Positions 60,921 through 64,000 of a stretch of DNA of 64,000 nt are shown here, one piece after another; position 1 is the first letter of the stretch, and each line of letters begins with the position of its first letter. The notes beneath the pieces were generated by a model. It made no database searches. It was given only the letters and a program-made list of their open reading frames with translations, and had not been told where the DNA came from. Origin of the DNA: Eledone cirrhosa (lineage: Eukaryota); NCBI GenBank assembly GCA_964016885.1, contig OZ024749.1:28210001-28274000 (forward strand), in the 5' to 3' direction. Position numbers and translations under genes: made by a program.

Positions 60921-61029
60921 CTGAAAAGAGAGAGAAACAACATTGCTAAATAAATTAGTGGCGGTAGTAACACAGTGTGGTTGATAATAAAATCATATAT
61001 AGACACATATACAGTAAGCTTATGTATAA

Positions 61030-61182
61030 TGGTTTCTGATTTAAGCCCAATACCAACAATTTTTTGGGGTGGGTGGGGGGTGGGGAGTGAATAAAATCAA
61101 CCCCAGTACATTACTGGTACTTTATTTTATCGACCCTGTAAGGATGAAAGGCAAAGCTAACCTCGGCAGGATTTGAACTCAG
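61030..61182 (-). mobile_element. SINE family B, partial
   Basis: actggtactttattttatcgaccc...ggatgaaaggcaaagctaacctcggcaggatttgaactcag. Confidence 0.8.
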
Positions 61183-61697
61183 TATTTTTCTTTTTATCTA
61201 CCTTGAATGGATGAAAGGCAAAGTTGACATCAGTTTTATACTGTAGCTTTGGGCTAACCAATGCTTTGTTAGTGGAATTTAGTAGATGGAACCTGCAAAA
61301 GCCTATCACATATATATTTAATATAAAGAGTGGTTTGCTCATGTGTAGAGATGCTGTAACATAACTAATAAAATAGGGTGAGGACTCTTAATGAGGTTTT
61401 GAACTATTCAGCTTTATGGTTCAAAGTGATTAACCAGTATCTTCACAGTACTTCGTAAAAGTGCAAGAGATCAGCTACGCGTGCGTGCATATATATATAT
61501 AACGTGTTAAGGAACAAGGTGGACCATAATGCACCAAAGTACTCAATACTTAGTGAAATAGCCGTCGAAATGGCTTGAGCTCTGCCGCCGGGGTCTTGAA
61601 CATTTTCCCATATATATATAGATAAGTGTATCTCAGGTTCAATCGGTGGTAACCACAGTAAGTAAGGTACTCAATACATAGAGTATAAGTATCTAAC

Positions 61698-61805
61698 ATA
61701 GAAATGGATTCTACAGGACTAGAACTGTTTGATTTGAAGGAAATCATCAGGAAAGCCCTGATGATTTCCTTCAAATGAAACAGTTCTAGTCCTGTAGAAT
61801 CCATT

Positions 61806-61810
<5 letters not shown>
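61698..61810. repeat. 54-bp-stem near-perfect palindrome, same family as 58415
   Basis: One mismatch, loop AAAGC. Confidence 0.92.
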
Positions 61811-61861
<51 letters not shown>

Positions 61862-63254
61862 GGGGGGCGGGTGTCTTTATATTTACATTAGTGACTGAGT
61901 TTATGTGCCATAATTTTGCAAAAAAAAAAAAAAAAAAAAAAAATCTAATAAAAATTAAGTCACTAAAATAAATACAGTTATCAAATTGATTGATCGACTT
62001 AGTTATGGTGGTGCCCCAGTATGGCCACAGTCCAATGTATGAAACCAATAGGAGGCTAATATAATAATACAGTAAAGTGGAGGAAGTGGTGGGTGTAGTG
62101 TTAACTATAGTTTATGAAGTCATCTAGGTTGGTACTTGTAAAATGTATCAAAATATGACCTGTTCCAGTAAAGTACTAACTTCCAATGGAAGCTAGTACT
62201 TAGCTTTTCTCAACAATGTAGTAATTACTGGTACTGTTACACTACAAACATAACTGCTGACCAGAACTAGGTTTCTCACAATTTATGAATTCATATATTA
62301 AATATACATACATACACACTTATGTGTATGTATGTATTTCAGGTCGTGCTTTAGGGCTGCTGGTAACATGTAACCCAGTACAACTCGTGCATGTTCAGGT
62401 TGATGGCGACTAATTTGGCAACCCCACCAAGCTTGCTTGGTGAGGTGGGTTATTTTGGACACCCTTAGGGATGAAAAACAAAAACTGTCAAAGGGCTGAG
62501 GAACACAGGAGAGTCAACGGCCAACCGATAATTAAATTTTTTTTTTTTTTTTTCGAGTGGAGCAATAGAATGGGAGACCCCTAGTTTTCATTAAGACATC
62601 TCTCAAGGGGAAGATCACTCCGATGTAAAACTTGCGACTTCGTTTGCATCCAATGATGTAGACCAGTTCTACTTTTTGGGTAAATGCATTCAATGTTCAG
62701 AGATTGGGAATTAGTCCTGTGTAAAGCCTTTCCTCACTTAAAAAAGCTTCAAGCACAGGCATCGCTTGACACTTGATATCTGACATCCTAAGTATCAAGC
62801 GAAAGCATTACTCGATATTGAGTTGCAGCCCTCATGTAAGTATGTATGAAGGTATGTGTGTGTGTACATACATACATACATACAGGCTGCCAACTCATTT
62901 TCGAGTACGGCCACTACTTTATATCCATGTAGGAGAACCCCTACCGATGTGCTGAATGAGTGTGACTTTTTAGTCCAGCCAGCAACTTGAAAACTCTGGC
63001 ACAAACACTACACTTGTGACAATTATTGACACAGTGCTGGGCCCATGGTACCATGTGACGACAAGTGCAGAGAGATCTCCAGATATAAAGCAATGCCTGT
63101 GCCGTGAAGCTTTTATAGTGAGCAAAGGCACTGCACAAAGCCAGTCCTACTCTCTTAACCAAGATGATATTTACCAAAAAGAAGAACAAGTCAACATCAT
63201 TGGATACCACCAGGGTTGCAGGTGTTATATCAGAGTTTTCCTTCTCCTAGAATT

Positions 63255-63343
63255 CTGCCTTGACAAAGGCTAAGGGGGTCATCAAACATACATATATACA
63301 TATACACACATATATATACATACATACATACACACACACATAT

Positions 63344-63384
<41 letters not shown>

Positions 63385-63562
63385 CATACATACACATACA
63401 CACGCATATATACATACATACATACATATACACACACATATATATATACATACATACATACATATACACACACATATATACATACATACATATACACACA
63501 CATATATATATATACATACATATATACATACATATATGTATACATATATACACACATATATT
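63255..63562. repeat. Compound (CA)/(TA)/(TACA) microsatellite
   Basis: Direct reading. Confidence 0.95.
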
Positions 63563-63669
63563 CAATCAAACTTTTATGTGAGAAACCCAATAGAAACAGC
63601 TGTTACTGTCACATTGTCAATTATTTGAATTAATAACTGGACATTGTCTGTCTGTCTCTGTGTGACTAA

Positions 63670-63850
63670 TAATGATTTCTACTATAGGCACAAGACCAGC
63701 AATTTGTGGGGTAGGGGAAAGTCAATTAAATCGACCTGAGCGCATCATTGGTACTTTATTTTATCGACCCTGTAAAGATGAAAGGCAAAGCTAACCTCAG
63801 CGGGTTTTGAACACAGAACATAAAGGGTCATAACTATTCTGCGAAGCAGT
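63670..63850 (-). mobile_element. SINE family B
   Basis: taggcacaagaccagc...ttttatcgaccc...gatgaaaggcaaagctaacctc. Confidence 0.8.
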
Positions 63851-64000
63851 GTGTTAGTGACTAATAACACCTTTGTGTGTGTGTGTGTGTGTGTGTGTAT
63901 GATAATGGCTATATGTATGGGTGTATGTGTGTGTGTAACTGTGCATGGGCTATGTCTGTATGTGTGTGTGTATGTAAATCAATGCCTATGTATGTGTGTG

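Noticed and set aside
62340-63280. GC-richer segments with short ORFs
   Set aside because: Resemble non-coding parts of retroelements but could not be assigned with support; no coding signature
60921-64000. Further RUBCN RUN-domain exons
   Set aside because: No open segment with matching splice sites and RUN similarity found; the region looks repeat-derived, so upstream exons are probably beyond the window

Overview
AT-rich, microsatellite- and SINE-dense animal genomic DNA; the SINE families suggest an octopod cephalopod (inference). Two convergent, spliced protein-coding genes were reconstructed by hand, with every splice phase matching. (1) On the + strand are the last three exons (514-579, 1417-1590, 4088-5294) of a type I membrane protein. 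It has a membrane-adjacent segment resembling the CDHR2/CDH23/Cad87A-type cadherin-related family, one TM helix, and a ~400-aa disordered cytoplasmic tail with 18 tyrosines, two PxxDY motifs and a C-terminal PDZ ligand (-TQL*). (2) On the - strand are 19 coding exons (60920 down to 29875; 2441 nt, ~812 aa) of the Rubicon (RUBCN) orthologue, from the end of the RUN domain through the RH zinc-finger domain to the stop; its 5' exons lie beyond the window. The remainder is repeats: two tRNA-derived SINE families, RTE-clade LINE fragments (one with a PHD-like finger), TTAA-flanked piggyBac-like MITEs, Tc1/mariner relics, a Helitron relic, long palindromes (some with hammerhead-like cores) and more than 15 tandem arrays, several traceable to transposon segments. 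Most ORF-track entries, including the 1480-aa ORF, are repeat artefacts. No rRNA, true tRNA or CRISPR array is evident. All family assignments are from recalled motifs, not database searches.
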